DNA of 64,000 nt. Origin: Patellaria atrata CBS 101060. Its lineage: Eukaryota. The notes under the pieces are model-generated. The model did not search any database. It saw only the letters and a program-made list of their open reading frames with translations, and was not told the DNA's origin. Position numbers and translations under genes: made by a program. The stretch is taken from NCBI GenBank assembly GCA_010093705.1, contig MU006098.1:169981-233980 (forward strand). The letters are read 5' to 3'. The number at the start of each line of letters is the position of its first letter. Position 1 is the first letter of the stretch. Shown in pieces: positions 25,239 through 39,675 of the stretch.

Positions 25239-27789
25239 ATGAGGTCTCTTGGAGATGCTAGGTACAATTTATGAACCCGGTAACGAGAAGTGAACTAACA
25301 TACAACAGACAGTACTGGCCACTCCTCCAAGATATTAAAGACCTCCCGAGTCTCAAAGCTGCTGTGAGGAACTCGGACAGGAGTGATAGTATAACTGTAG
25401 GACTACGGTCGGCATGTTGGAAGGTTTGTACGGCTCTATGAACCTCAAAAATATTATACAGTTTGCTAACCCGACTCAGATATTCTTGCTCTTCGGAGAC
25501 CTTAATCAGTCACTATGGCCTTCCATATTAGCAGATGCGCGATCCTCTTACCTTTCTCTACGATCACATTTCCTCAGAGCTATTGAACATCCTGATGAGA
25601 TAGAGTCAGCTGAAGATCCTTTGAGCGAAAATGATGAGGTGTGATAAAGCCTTCCCTTCCAAAAAGCCATTCGGGCTTGGGTACATTTTCTGACAATGAA
25701 CTAAGACTTGAAAGTCCCCTTGGGTTGCTCTTCGCAAGGACGAGTCTCTACGAGCAGAGATATTCCAAGATGTTGAGCGTTGTATGCCAGAAAATGTCTA
25801 CTTTCGACAACCTTCAACCCAGAATATGCTGCTTGATATCTTATTTGTATTCTGTAAGCTGAATCCAGATGTTGGATACAGACAGGGCATGCACGAGGTA
25901 CTCGCTCCAATATTATGGGTTATTGAGAGGGATGCTATAGATTCCACAAAAGTGAGCAATCAACGTACTGATAACCCAGATAAGTCCTTACTATTGGACG
26001 TCTTCAACGCCGAGTTTATAGAACACGATACTTTCACGCTCTTTGGACTAGTTATGCAGAATGCAAAATCATTTTATCAACCAGGAGACGCCAGCAGACC
26101 GAAAGGTTCTAAACCAGTTTCAACGAATGATTCCCCTATAGTTAAGCGGTGTCACCGTATCTTTGAGGACTATCTGTCCAGTCTAGACCCGGAACTTGCA
26201 GCACACCTGAAGGAAATTGAGGTTGTACCTCAGATCTTCCTCATGTATGTATATACATGCAGATTCCTCATTCTAAAGCTTATCTTCTCTAGGCGATGGA
26301 TCCGCCTCCTATTTGGACGAGAATTCTCGTTTGACGAACTTCTACCGGTCTGGGACATCCTGTTCGCGGAAGATGCTAGTCTCGAGCTCGTAGACCTCAT
26401 CAGTATCTCCATGCTCCTCCGCATCCGCTGGGAATGTAAGTTATGATTTTGATTCGCGTATAGCTCGCTTTTTAACTAACGATTTCCAAATTAGTAATGG
26501 ATGCAGATACTAGCACTGCTCTTACTTTGCTCCTACGTTACTCTGAACCTATAAATCACAAGCCCCGAACATTTGCTGAGGACGCTGTTTATCTCAAACA
26601 CAACCTCAATTTTGATGGAGCTAGCTTCCTTGTCAGAAAATATACAGGCCGTCCACTCCCTCTTGTCAGCCGACTTCAAACTTGTACGTCAACTCCCATG
26701 GCAATCGCAGAATCTCCTCCTCAAACTAGATCTCGTTCACCTTTCGTCTCTCCGTCGAAACTAGTCTCCCAATCAACTAATCTCGAAAGCTTGTTCCAAG
26801 ACACTGCTCGGAATGTTATCGCGCGAGGTGAAAGATGGGGGTTAAACAAGGCTGTCCGTGACGCCGTCGGAGAAGTCCGCAAGAATGTCCAAAGCTTCCA
26901 ATCCGGACGTAGCTCACCAATCACTGTAGGATCTTCGTCAAGGGCTTCATATAGAGATAAGCCCATTATTCGTAGACCTGCGGAGCCCATTGATGGTTTA
27001 CGCAGGGCTACGGCTCTTCAGGAACGCAATAAGGCGCTCGCAAAATTGCTCGAGTCAGCGATATCAGAACTTTGGGATTTTCAAAAAGAGACCGCTGAAG
27101 GGTCCAAAGCGGATGAAGACTCGGTTGCTAAACTCAGCGTCGCAATCGCCAAAGTCCAATTCGTGCAAGTTTACTTAGACGATCCGTCCATCCCCTTGCC
27201 TACCGAAGAGCAGCAACCGGCCAGTACACTGTCAAAAACCACCTCCGTCCCCAAACCTCCAAGTACAGGAGAAGACCCACAGCTTATAATGAACTCGGCT
27301 ACAATCAAACAAATTGAAGGACCAAAGCTTGAGGTCTCAGCTCCGGAACCTGAACCTGCAGAAGTCGAAACTTTCATCAACCAAGCTCTAAGTCCACAAC
27401 CCAACCCGCTACCATCTCCTTCACCTACACCTTCAACCCCTATTCCAACTTCTACTCGCCCCATCACACTAAACCCGCAACCCTCTACTCAAACTCAACC
27501 CCATCAAAAACCTCAGGCTCACCGGAACCGCCCCTCCCTGACAAACCCAACATTCTCCTGGATGCTTGGTTCCGATGAGGACAAACCCGCAGCATTTGCA
27601 GCCGCAGTTCCGCGGAGCTCGTATAGGGATGAGACGAGGAGGGGCAAGGCGTTTTTATTTGGGGAAGAGGAGAGTGAGACCGAGGAAACGAAGGTGAAAG
27701 GTAAGACGAGGAGGGGTTCGAAGGAGAAGCCTAAGGAAATGAAGAGAGCGGAGGTGATCAAGCTTAATGAGATGGGTGGAGAGGGATGA
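25239..27789 (+). CDS. TBC-domain Rab GTPase-activating protein (TBC1D5/Gyp6-like), multi-exon
   Basis: Starts 'MRSLGDAR'. Contains 'LRSACWK', 'EIFQDVERCMPE' (IxxDxxR), 'GYRQGMHEVLAP' (YxQ) and 'RWIRLLFGREF..WD.LFA'. Several short GT-AG introns; last exon ends at 27789. Confidence 0.9.
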
Positions 27790-28197
27790 TATGGGTAGGA
27801 TGTATAATTGTTACGGTTGGGGAGCATGGCGAGGTGGGTAGAGATAGAGAAGATGGAAGACACAGGTATTCTTAAGAGAGCAGAATCAGACACAGAATGA
27901 ATGCAAGTAAAGAGATATTAGCTTACAGTATAACACTTCATTTGTGTTGTGTAAATATTGCAAACCTTTTTATCATTTCTCTTTTCACGGTGAAGTCAAA
28001 TGCCAAGAGTCGCGGGCAAAAGAGTTCCGAGGCTAGACAAATCTCAGCATCATGAACATCTGATGACAGATCTAGGTCGCGATATTGCGAAGCTCCACGA
28101 AATTCACCTTTCCTACCATCTATCATCTCCGTCAACCACTTCAAGGAGTTGGAAGGTAAGTGCTCCAACTCTGAACCAGAAGTTCCATATCTCCGTC

Positions 28198-31038
28198 ATG
28201 ACAAGTATACTGCGGCAATCGTCCTATCTTGCACAAGCTGCACGCCTTTCGATCAATTCTACCTCCCGAGCATACCGCAACCCGCATCGATATCTATCTT
28301 CACTACCTAGATATACATACGCCTATCAACGGAGGAGATACGCGACACTTCAGCCTGATAATCCGAAGAAGCCTAATTATAATAAATCGGGTCAGGGTAA
28401 AGATGATGGGAAGCGGTTAGATGGACAAACGGGGAAACCACCTGCTGAATCCCAGAATGCGAGTGATCAAAATTCATCAAAGTCATCAACTCCAAATAAT
28501 GAGCAAGATGGTGCAAGGAAGGAGGAAGAAAAACCCCAGACTTCGCCGTTGACGCAAAAAGAACAAGAAGCAATTGATAGCTTATTAAACAGGCTGACCA
28601 AAGGGATGTCCGAATCACAGGCAGAGGACATAAGGAAGGCATTCAAGGCGTTACAGAAAGAGGGGATACCGCAAGAATTACGAGAGATTATGGACAGTCT
28701 GGAAAAGGGCGGGAAATTAGATCTCTCGACCGCTGCAAAAATAGTACGGCTAACATCACAACTGGCGAGACGAGCAGCACACCTTCAGGCCTATGGGAAG
28801 GTCTATGGGAAGGATTCACCACCGGAGAAAGATGATCCTCAGCAAAAGAGCGGCGCTCATGACCCTGGCCCTCAAGACCAGAAGGAGAAACAGAAGGAAA
28901 AGGAAAGGGATGGCTTCCAAGTTGGTGGCGAAGTTAAACTCGATACTGGAACCTTTCTCATGTCTGCTTTTCTAACCTATCTCTTTTACCGTATGGTCTT
29001 CCCGGGTGAGAACTCTAAGGAAATAACGTGGCAAGAGTTTAGGAATACATTCTTGGACAAGGGACTCGTAGACAAGATTGTAGTTATCAACGAGAATAAG
29101 GCTAGGGTGCATCTACATAGAGAAGCTGTTGCTTCTACTTACCCTGATTCTCCAGCGGCTCATAGTAATTTCTTCTACTACTTCACGATAGGGTCAGTGG
29201 AGGCATTCGAGCGAAAGCTTGATGAAGCACAGAACGATTTGGCTATTCCTTCAGCGGAAAGGATACCCGTCGCATACTCTAATGAAACTTCTTGGGCTGG
29301 TGTACTACTCTCCTTCGGGCCAACTCTGCTAGTTTTGGGTTCAATAATATGGCTATCAAGACGAGCTGCGTCTGGTGGTGGTGGTGCAGGAGGCGGCATA
29401 TTCAGTATTGGCAAGAGTAGAGCAAAAAAGTTTAATCATGAGACCGACGTCAAGGTTAAATTTTCGGATGTTGCTGGCATGGACGAAGCAAAGGTTGAGA
29501 TCATGGAATTCGTTAGTTTTTTAAAGGAGCCCGGCGTCTATCAAAAACTTGGTGCAAAAATCCCTCGTGGCGCTATTCTCTCAGGACCACCTGGAACTGG
29601 TAAGACTTTATTGGCGAAGGCGACTGCAGGCGAGTCGGGAGTACCATTCTTCAGCGTCAGCGGCTCAGAATTCGTGGAAATGTTCGTTGGTGTAGGTCCT
29701 TCCAGAGTGCGGGATCTATTCGCCAACGCTAGGAAAAACACTCCCTGCATCATCTTCATCGATGAAATTGACGCTATCGGTAAGTCGAGAGCAAAACAAA
29801 ATTTCGGCGGTGGCAATGATGAACGGGAGAGCACGCTCAATCAGATCCTGACCGAGATGGACGGGTTTAATACTTCGGAACAGGTTGTCGTGCTTGCGGG
29901 TACCAATAGACCTGATGTTCTTGACAAAGCTCTAATGCGGCCTGGGCGCTTCGACAGACATATCTCAATTGATAAACCTACCATGGATGGACGTAAACAG
30001 ATCTTCGGCGTCCATTTGAAAAAGATCGTTACCAACGAGGATATCGAGCACTTGAAAGGCCGTCTGGCAGCACTTACCCCTGGCTTCTCCGGTGCGGACA
30101 TCGCCAACTGCGTTAATGAAGCCGCACTAATAGGTAAAAACAGCCCCTTTCCCCTCAATCATCCCATCAATAAGAGTGTGTCCCGCTAACGTCATTACAC
30201 AGCTGCCCGCAACAAAGCAGAGTCAGTTCAAATGACCCATTTCGAGCAAGCCATCGAACGCGTAATAGGCGGTCTCGAAAAGAAATCCTTAGTCCTCAAC
30301 CCCGAAGAAAAGAAAACAGTCGCCTACCACGAAGCCGGCCACGCAATCTGCGGTTGGTACTTCAAATACGCCGACCCACTCCTAAAAGTCAGCATCATCC
30401 CGCGCGGTCAAGGCGCTTTAGGGTACGCTCAATACCTCCCATCAGGCGACACGTATCTCATGAACGTGAACCAACTCATGGACCGCATGGCCATGACGCT
30501 CGGCGGGAGAGTATCGGAGGAACTTCACTTCGACACAGTGACATCTGGCGCCTCGGACGATTTCAACAAAGTAACTCGCATGGCGACGGCAATGGTCACA
30601 AAATGGGGCATGAGCCGCAAGATCGGCTATCTCTACTTCGAAGATGACACCAATCAGCAGCTGCACAAGCCCTTCAGCGAGGCGACCGCGCAGAACATTG
30701 ACTCCGAGGTCCGCCGCATCGTCGACGAGGCGTACAAGCAGTGCAAGGATCTCCTCACAGAGAAGAAAAAGGAAATTGGCATCGTGGCTGAGGAGTTGTT
30801 GAGTAAAGAGATGTTGACCAGAGATGATCTCGTCAGGTTACTGGGCGAGAGGCCGTTCGACGATAAAGGCGATTTTAGCAAGTATTTTGGTAGTAAGGGG
30901 GATAGAGAGGGGGTTACGGATCCGCCGGGTCCGCCTGTTGCGACGGATTTTCCGAAGCCGAATGAGGGTGATCGGCCTGTTGGTCCTGTGGGACCTGTAG
31001 CCCCGACTGCGACAAAGAGGGTTGAAGATGTGCGGTAG
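28198..31038 (+). CDS. AFG3: Mitochondrial m-AAA metalloprotease (AFG3/YTA12, FtsH family)
   Basis: Presequence-like '[17 protein letters not shown]', two TM segments, Walker A GPPGTGKT, Walker B IIFIDEID, '[10 protein letters not shown]' and HEAGH zinc motif. Single intron 30134-30202. Confidence 0.95.
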
Positions 31039-31881
31039 TTAGGCTGTGGGGAAAGAGTATTGGATTTTGCATTTCAAGGAGCAGTTGGAGGTGTTTTTTT
31101 TTTCACTTTTTCTCAACATGGATATACTGCATGGAATCCTCGCTCTAGACCCACGGGGGTTAAAAAGGTTGTAGATATTTTTGTATTTCTAGCGCCCGTG
31201 CTTGTAAAATATATATACTATCTGTCACATGGGGGTTGAGGTTTAGTCTAAGGGTCCCGTTTGCTACTGTGCGTTATATTGAACTGATGATGTATGGTAT
31301 GAATAACTGGTACTGGTACGGTATATTCGTCTAGAAGACTGCAAGGGAGAGACTCGGGATACGCGCATAAAAGACCGAATACCTCCTAATTGTACGCGTG
31401 TACATTTAGTAGTGTCCCATAAGCGAGTAAAAGAGCCCGAATGACTGAGTGGACACTTTGCTAGCCCTGTACTGTACAGTACATAACGATATCAGAGTTG
31501 TGTTCTGTACGATTTAGTTTTGTCACATGACAGAGTCAGAGACCTCTTCAGGAGAAAGTAGGCCGTCTCGTAGTAAGTGTAGTCAACTTCCTATACCGTA
31601 TACTGACCAACTCCGTCAGGTGACGGTACTTATCAAAAGGAGTTATGCCGGGGAAGGGTGATCTCGATACCGATAGCAGCAACCACAACTCTCATCACTA
31701 ACATCGTTATGACCGGGATAAATCAAACCCAAGCACTCGCAATAACAGTTTCTATCGTATTCATACGCACTCATAATTCCATTCCTCATTATCGCTATAA
31801 TCACAACCCACAACCACGTGCCCAAAGCTCAAACTCAAATCCAAAACCCCTTCCTCTCTTCAACTCACAAATGCACCACTA

Positions 31882-34800
31882 TCAAAGATCTCTAACCTGG
31901 CCCCTCCCGCTCAAATCCGCTTCTACCATCTCCAACCCACTGAGACTCGGATACCTCTTGCTGAAATTCTCTTCCCAGTCTTCTCCATTCGCTGCATCCT
32001 GCCCTCCCGCCCCTAATTTAGGTCTTGTAGATGAAGTCGAAGACCGGGATTGGATCTGCGGTTGCTGATCGGCTAGCCCAGTCCTCAGGACCTTCGGTTT
32101 GGATGGTACGGAGGGCCGGGAACCAGTCCGCTGAATCGGTGGCGCGGATGCTGATGGAATGGGCACTGAAATCGGTGCTACTGTTGACACCATCGGGACG
32201 GGTTGTTGTCTCGGTTTCGGATAAGCGAGATCCGGTCGTGCGGTTGGAGTGACTGGTTTTCTCGCTATAGCAGGCGGATTTGAACGGGTTTTTGTCAGGG
32301 GTTCCATATCCCTCGGAGACACGGGGTTGGTGTACTGCCCGTAGCCCTCCGCGGTACGTTTAACGGGAGACGCTTGGCTGTCGTCTAAGAGGGATTTGAC
32401 TCTGTTCTGGATTGTTGAAGCTCGGGTAATGCCTGAGGTGTTAATTTTGCCTCCTCGGCCGCTATCCCCTTGTTCCACAAACCGCCTTCGGTATTCTGCC
32501 GCGGCCTCTGCGACCCTCTTCTCTTCTTGTGATAACCGCCGTCTTTCCAATTCACGTTTGACCTCAGGTGGTAAGTCCTCGGTCTCGTCGATAGCGTTTT
32601 CCGAGTCTGCGGTAGCTTCTGATCCAGCAATAGGTGTAAGAGGATGTTGAGGTTGTGGTTCGTACAGAGGGCTAGGTGTTCGTGCTTCGTTGCCTTCAAA
32701 GCGACGGAAAGCATCACCAAATTTACCTGCGAGGATGTTTTTGGTTCCAGAAAGTGATATGGATGGTAAACTTGTCCGTTTACTATGTTTGCTTCCGCCA
32801 CTGATCCGACGGTCTTTCTTTTTAATTGGATCTTCACTCTCCATCGCTCGTAAGAACTCGACATTGTCAGAGATGTTCTTGTCTTCCAGCTCCAAATCAT
32901 GATCTGCAGAAGGCGAAGGTATTGGTTTACTAGGCTTACTAATTCCTTCGGTTGCTGATCTTGACGCAGAGGAAGCTTCCCTATCTCGTAGGTAATCTAT
33001 ATTAGACTCGAGATAAACACTTGCTGGACGCGGTCTTGCATTTGCGGATTTCGATCGATGGATCGCATCATCAATATCGAGAGCTGATGGACGTCGACCT
33101 TCTAAAGACGGTCTCGAGGATGCAGGAGATTTAGGTACGGTTACAGTCACCAGGTTAGACTGTGATCGTTGCAGTTCCAAATGCTTTGGTCGCTGGAGCA
33201 GAGAAGGTGCGCTTGTTCGGGACGTTTCAACCGTTCGCGGTTGACTATGAGCTCTCTGATGGGTTGTTGCCGATGTGGTTGCGAAATGGTGACCTTGTGG
33301 GTTGGTCGACTCTTCCCGTCTCTTTAACGGCTTGGGTGATGATGTTCGGGAAGTCATGGTCCCTGTTGATACCATCGTAGTTCTTTGTGGGGTGGGTTGG
33401 TGAATCAAGGAAGGTTGTGGTTGTGAAACAGGATCTCTCCTAGGTTCAATGGGCATGGTCCTCTTGACTGATGCCGATCTAGATACTGTCGTCGAGGGGA
33501 GATTATTCAGTAGAGACTTTGCACTTGTTGCCGATGTTGTTTTAGTTAGTGAGGGTTGAGCGAAAGCTTCATCAGCAAGCACTTCAGTGACTTTCTTGTT
33601 CAAGGCTTCCTGTTTAGGGTCTATTGGGGATGTCTTTTCGAACTGGAATTTAGCCCCACGGTCGTGCAGTAAAGAGAACTCGTCTAAAGAAGGGAATTTT
33701 GCAGATAGTTCATCAACTGCAGCGATTCTTATGGGTGCTGAAGTTGAATCAAGCGCGGCGAATGGATCGTTGCTGGTCCCTCTTGCTGGAGAGGGGCTTG
33801 GTTTTGTTGAGGCTGACTGTTGTGCTGGCGCCGTGGGCCTCCCGCGTCGCATAGGTACTATATCTGGAATTTCTTGAGTGACCGGCGGTGAAGGCGATTT
33901 TTGTATGCTAACTATCGGGGGCGGTGATGCTACCTGGGGATCGGGGGATGGTAGTTTTTCGTTCCGCCTAGCCTCAGATTGCGTGCGATTTGAATAGATC
34001 TAAAAGGGTTAGCTACAGCTCTAATACTGTAATATAATACATACATCTTTGATTGGGACCGGAGTGTTCCGCATCGAGCAGGCTTCCCGTATGACTTGGT
34101 AGATATTCGGTCTTAGTTGTGGATTTTCTCTCAACATAGATCCTGGCAAGAATAAGTTTTATCTTTGTTTTCGGAGATAAAGATGTACCTATAAGTTTCT
34201 TAATTCGATTCGTAAAGGCGGGATATGCGGGAAATTTAAATGTTGCGGTAAGAATAGCCATTTGCCCAACTTCCTCAAATGGTGTTGTATAGTAGCACAG
34301 TTTGTACAACAGAACCCCAAGTGCCCAAATATCACTCTTTTCGTCGATGGGTTGTTTTCTGTATACATCTATCATCTCTGGACTCCTATATTGCATTGTC
34401 GTATGGCGCTGAACATCGTCCTCGATAAGTCGTCCTTCTGCTGCAGTTGTAGCTGCCGGCCGTGGAGGAGCCGTAGAGCCAAAATCACAGAGTTTATATA
34501 CTCTAGAGGATCCGGATGTAGATATCAGGACATTTTCAACCTTTAAATCGCGATGCAGAAGAGGGGGCTTCAGATAGTGCATACACGCTACACCTTCCGC
34601 CACATCAGCAAAGATGTGGAGGATCTCTGGCTCAGTGAGACGATGCTGTAATCGAGTATTCATGAAGTCAATTAGTCCTCCACCTGCGCAATATTCCATC
34701 AATAGGAAAACCTCGTACCCGCCGCCTTTCAATTGTGATGCGTGTGAGTCGATGTATGTAACAATATGGCGGTGGCCTTTGAGCTTCTTCATGGTCTCAA

Positions 34801-35086
34801 CTTCAGTTCTCATATTTGCCAAAGCATCTTTATCAGGTACAGCAACCCTCTTGAGCACCGCGACATCCGTCTTATCCCCAGATTTCGAGGGGACCCTGAC
34901 GATATAGACATGAGCAAAGCCTCCCTCAGAAAGGTATTTTTCTATGACGACCCTATGGTTACCGACCTGGACTTTGGTACCAGGTAGAAAGGTTCCCGCT
35001 GGGGCATCGGACACTCCTGCAACTGGAGTACGGAAAGCAGGACTTCGGTGGGAGGAAGTTGATGGGGGGTTGAAGGAGGACGCCAT
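31882..35086 (-). CDS. ARK1: NAK-family actin-regulating Ser/Thr kinase (Ark1/Prk1)
   Basis: 'YLSEGGFAHVY', 'HRDLKVENVL', 'LCDFGS', 'HTTMQYRSPEMID', 'KSDIWALG'. Introns 34143-34188 and 34000-34044. C-terminal tail has 'DPFAALD' and 'FSKRYPSL'. Confidence 0.95.
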
Positions 35087-37782
35087 GGTGGGTAATTTTG
35101 GAGGTATTCTGCTGAATGCAGTGGAGTGAGACGTTTGACTACGTATTATACATTGAATATTGTAGCCTAGACTGGAAGGTAGAGGTAGGTCTGGCTATAA
35201 CAGTAAGATGGTGAGGAATGACGGTACGTAGACTTGAGGCAGCCGTTGAATAAATGTGTAGTCTTTGAGGTTCGGCTCCTGTAAAGGTACTATCGGGAGA
35301 TCTACAGCTGTAAACCAATCAGAAGACCGAGTGAGCTTGACTTTCCGATCTAGGCGAGTTGGAAAATACAAAACACTGTCGTGGTTGTCATATAACATTC
35401 TTATAATACAGGCTACTCTTTTCTAAGTATGAATGCTCATTCGTTACTAATAACGCTCTACAAAGTACTGCAGACGTTCTTAGTACGATCTCTGAGAGGT
35501 TGGATATATCGTTCACGACACATACCCATTCAGTGTGAGGGATATCGTGTTATGCTCACTTGCTCCTTAAACTACTTCCGTATATGGAATATAAAATCTT
35601 TCTGGGTGAGCTTTCACGTTAGAGTTATTTTTTCTTACTTCATGGGTTCATTCCAGATTGGACAAACATACACAAAATTCGCAGTGGAATCACTACTGTA
35701 GAACTACGACTATATGCAAGACGCCATCGTCCTATTAGTTTTGGCTGCTCCATCAATAGTTCCAACCTCCAGCCCCAATCAGACCCCAACGCCTCCTTGC
35801 TCCTATCTAAGCTGCTGTTTTGTTCTATGTCTAAGGTGCAGGAGACCCTAGTAACGCGGATAGACAGATTCATTACTTAGCCCTGGGAATAGAGCCTACA
35901 ACGTCATGGAGCATAGACTTTCAAGATGAATACCAGGAAAAGCTTATAACAAAATTGAAAGAGCATTGAGTGCGAGCTTCTATTCTGTAGGATGGAATTC
36001 TTTGAATATCGAAAATAAAGTGGCTTGAATATTTTTCAAAATACTTACTGATGTCAGTGAAGCATTATAGTCTAACAGCTTTCTAGACCACGGAGTTTCG
36101 ACAGAACCGGAAAGCAGCAAACAATCTTCAAACGGACTTTCGGTATGCGCTTATGAGCCACGGTGCTTGCGGACAAATTCCTATCTGTGTAACTTCGCAA
36201 GATCGGCCTTGCTGTAAAAGGGTATTAATATATATGATCGCCGTGAATACACTGCGATAACGATGAGAAGCAGTTGTACTGTACTGTACAGTGACGATCT
36301 CCCAACAAAATAAATAGCCCAGTAAAACAATCTAGAAAAATCGGTATTGCGGTCGCTAGCAAGACCGATGGTAACGCTGCTTGTAATTTGGTTTTGCATG
36401 TGGTATAGAACTTTTCGGTATGAGGTTGAGGTCCTCCATATGGGGAGAGAGAAGTACCTATCTGCAAGAGAAGACACGATAATCGTAAGGATATTTGTTT
36501 AATTAGTCATCGACTTCATCGTACGCAAGATTGCCTGCACGAGGTCATTCTTAAAAATATGACACTTTGTAAGCTCTGAAAAGCCGCGAATCCAAATCGT
36601 AATGTAAGCGCCATGTTGAAAGTCATGTCCAATGATTCCATGTGTGATGAGATGTGTAGCCGGCGGTCAGGACGGGAGTATAAGTTACTAAATGACTAAA
36701 AACTTGATCAAGGAAGCAGCCCAGAGTTTGAAGTTTGGAGTGTTGTTCGTCCTTCCGTATATCTGGTGTTGTATGGTGCTGGGAGCTCACTGGGCTCCCA
36801 TCTTTAGGGACCCCTTGGTACCTCACAGTCCTTCGCTGTATCTGAAGTCCCGGTACGGCTGTCGGCTGCTATCCTGCTGTGCCTAACAGCTCACCGAAGC
36901 GAGAAGGTGGCACGTACGGAGTATGTAGTCCAAAGTAAATATAGTCGCGTCTACTACTTAAAGGTATGAAGTACCTTAGCATCCATCTGTTTTGTACGAG
37001 TGTTATGTAGAAACTACACACCGCAGAGCTTTTATTGTACTGTACAGTACGGCAGGATCTTCCAAAACTTACCTTACTTGTTCCTGGGCAGAAACAGTAG
37101 TGGAGGAGACTACGGCACCAACGGTATGGTATGATAGGTATCAGGTCCCCGTCACACTACGGCCCTATCATTTGGACAAGACCCCTTCAAGATACTCTTT
37201 GGTCTTACTCCAAGTTCTTCTCATTCCATTCCTCTGCATCTTGATATATTTAATCAGTCTATTCCTCAATCTCCCGCTGGGCTTTACCTCAGGGACCGGA
37301 CGGGTTGTTTTGTGCTGAAACTTCCCGCTTCTGACGCACCTCCCACATGTGGATACACGCTGCCTTATGTCACAAGGCTTGACATCGTCACTACCTCTAT
37401 TTACAACGCATTCACAACTGAACAGTGACCTTATCTTCCCGACCAACAATAGCAAATTTTATACAAACGAATTCTGCTATTGTCAATAGGTAAGCTCCAC
37501 ATCTCCAGGCAACACTCCGCAAAAAGGATCTCTCTCATGTAAACTCTCTCCAACTATCTCCAACTATCAACCCTCGTTCTTCTGTACCTCGAGATACTCG
37601 AGCACGGCATCATGCTGACTATTCTATTTAAACAGTTGGAACTTGAACGATCCGGTCAATTGCGGCCTCGTCAGGCTCCTCCTCTCATCTTACAATCACG
37701 CCTTAATCCACCGACCAGCTTACCGAACCGAGCTGTTAAACAGCCTAACAACAGTCTTCTCCGATCAATATTCAAACAAAAT

Positions 37783-39675
37783 ATGTCTCGATCTCGTTCA
37801 AGGCACCGACAGAGTTCGGGCTCAAACTCTGATTCCTCCGCCTCTACCTCACCGGAACGTGGCGCCGACGATGATAATGACTCCTTCATATCACAACCGA
37901 ACGATTCCGTCTCCTCCCTTGACGCGTCTATTTCAGAGGAGGAAATGCTTGATTCAGTAGCAAGGGAAATTGCAGAGAGGAATAGGGTTTCGCCCATTAG
38001 CAGGTTACCTGCAGAGCTTATGATCGCTATTTTTGCTAGGCTTGGCTCACCCGCTGATCTAAAGACTTGCATGTTGGTATCGAAAGATTGGGCAAGAAAT
38101 AGTGTCGGCTTGTTGTGGCATCGACCTCAAACCAATAAATGGCCCAACCTTCAAAGTGTTGCTCGTGCAATACGTACTCAACCAGGTTATTTCGATTATC
38201 ATAGACTGGTTAAACGTCTCAACATGTCCTCACTTGGTGCCGAAGTCAGCGATGGAACACTATATCCCTTTTCCGACTGTAAGAGAATCGAAAGGTTGAC
38301 TCTGACAAATTGTACAAAAGTTACCGATACTGGTCTCATACCACTCCTCGAGGGAAATCGAAGCTTGCTCGCTCTAGATGTAACTGGCCTTGAGAGTATC
38401 ACAGATAAGACAATGCTGGCTGTTGCCCGTAACTCCGTAAGATTACAAGGTCTTAACATCACCAATTGCAAGAAGATTACAGACCCATCATTGGAGGAAG
38501 TCGCAAAGAACTGTAAATATGTCAAACGTGTATGTGGACCTTCATACATCATAGAAATATTACTGACATAATAGCAGCTCAAATTCAATGGATGCCATCA
38601 ACTTACGGACAAGGCCGTCATGGCATTCGCTCTGAATTGTCATCAAATCTTGGAGATTGATCTTCATGATTGCAGGCTCCTAGAGGATGAGTCCGTAACT
38701 GCTTTGCTTAGCGAAGGACGTCAACTTCGTGAACTCCGTCTCGCTCATTGTCTTCGTATAACGGATCAGGCATTCTTAAATTTGCCTCATGATACCATCT
38801 ATGAAAGCCTAAGGATCCTTGACCTGACTGATTGTGGAGAACTTTACGATGCTAGTGTTCAGAAAATCGTTCAAGCTGCTCCTAGACTTCGTAACCTGGT
38901 GCTCGCAAAGTGTCGTAACCTCACGGATCGTGCGGTCATTGCCATTACAAGGCTCGGCAAGAACCTACATTTCATCCATCTAGGCCATTGTGCACGTCTT
39001 ACGGATGCTGGTGTTGTGCAACTCGTTAAACTCTGTAATAGGATTCGATACATCGATTTGGCATGTTGTACCAACTTGACAGATAATTCCATCCAGCAAC
39101 TTGCGACTCTACCCAAACTTAAACGCATCGGCTTGGTCAAATGTACGAATATCACGGATCGCAGTATCTTGGCTCTTGCCAAACCGAAACAAGCGGGACA
39201 AAACGGACAAATGTCTCCCAGCTCGCTCGAGCGAGTACATCTCAGCTATTGTACACTTCTCACACTAGCTGTAAGTATTACTTATGTCACTTTTGAATCT
39301 ATTACTAACAATACCTAGGGCATTCATGCACTCCTCAACAACTGCCCTCGCCTAACCCACCTTTCACTCACTGGTGTACAAGCTTTTCTACGCGAAGATC
39401 TTCTAGTCTACTGTCGTGATGCTCCCCCTGAATTTAACGATCATCAACGTGATGTCTTTTGCGTTTTCTCTGGCGGTGGTGTGGACAGGTTGAGGAAATA
39501 TCTTAACTCTGACGCCGAACGTACCGGATTTCAGGATGGCACAATGTTCAATGAAGGTACCGATGATGGTGCAGAAGATATCGTCGTCGATGTTAATAGT
39601 GGTGTGGTCGCTATGAACATTGACGAAATGGAGGATGAGTTCGGAGAAGACAGCGAGGTCATGGCTGTCGACTAA
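37783..39675 (+). CDS. GRR1: SCF ubiquitin ligase F-box/LRR protein Grr1
   Basis: F-box 'ISRLPAELMIAIF..CMLVSKDWARNSVGLLWHRP', LRR series ('CKRIERLTLTNC', 'LRNLVLAKCR', 'LPKLKRIGLVKC') and 'LTHLSLTGVQAFLR'. Introns 38530-38577 and 39271-39318; 5'UTR intron 37490-37635. Confidence 0.95.

Noticed and set aside
28000..28197. 66-aa N-terminal extension of the m-AAA protease in the ORF track
   Set aside because: Met at 28198 begins a typical Arg/Ser-rich mitochondrial presequence. The upstream ATG lies in the short intergenic region just after the TBC gene.
29178..30881. Antisense ORFs opposite AFG3 (and similar ones opposite ARK1, GRR1, the P450 and glycogenin)
   Set aside because: Shadow ORFs caused by codon bias on the coding strand, with no independent protein motifs.
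11754..35086. Functional endocytosis cluster (ARC15, TBC RabGAP, ARK1)
   Set aside because: The genes span 23 kb with unrelated genes between them. Chance linkage cannot be excluded without synteny data.
37612..37782. Longer Grr1 N-terminus starting 'MLTILFKQ'
   Set aside because: That ATG overlaps the branch site (ATGCTGAC) of the predicted 5'UTR intron 37490-37635.
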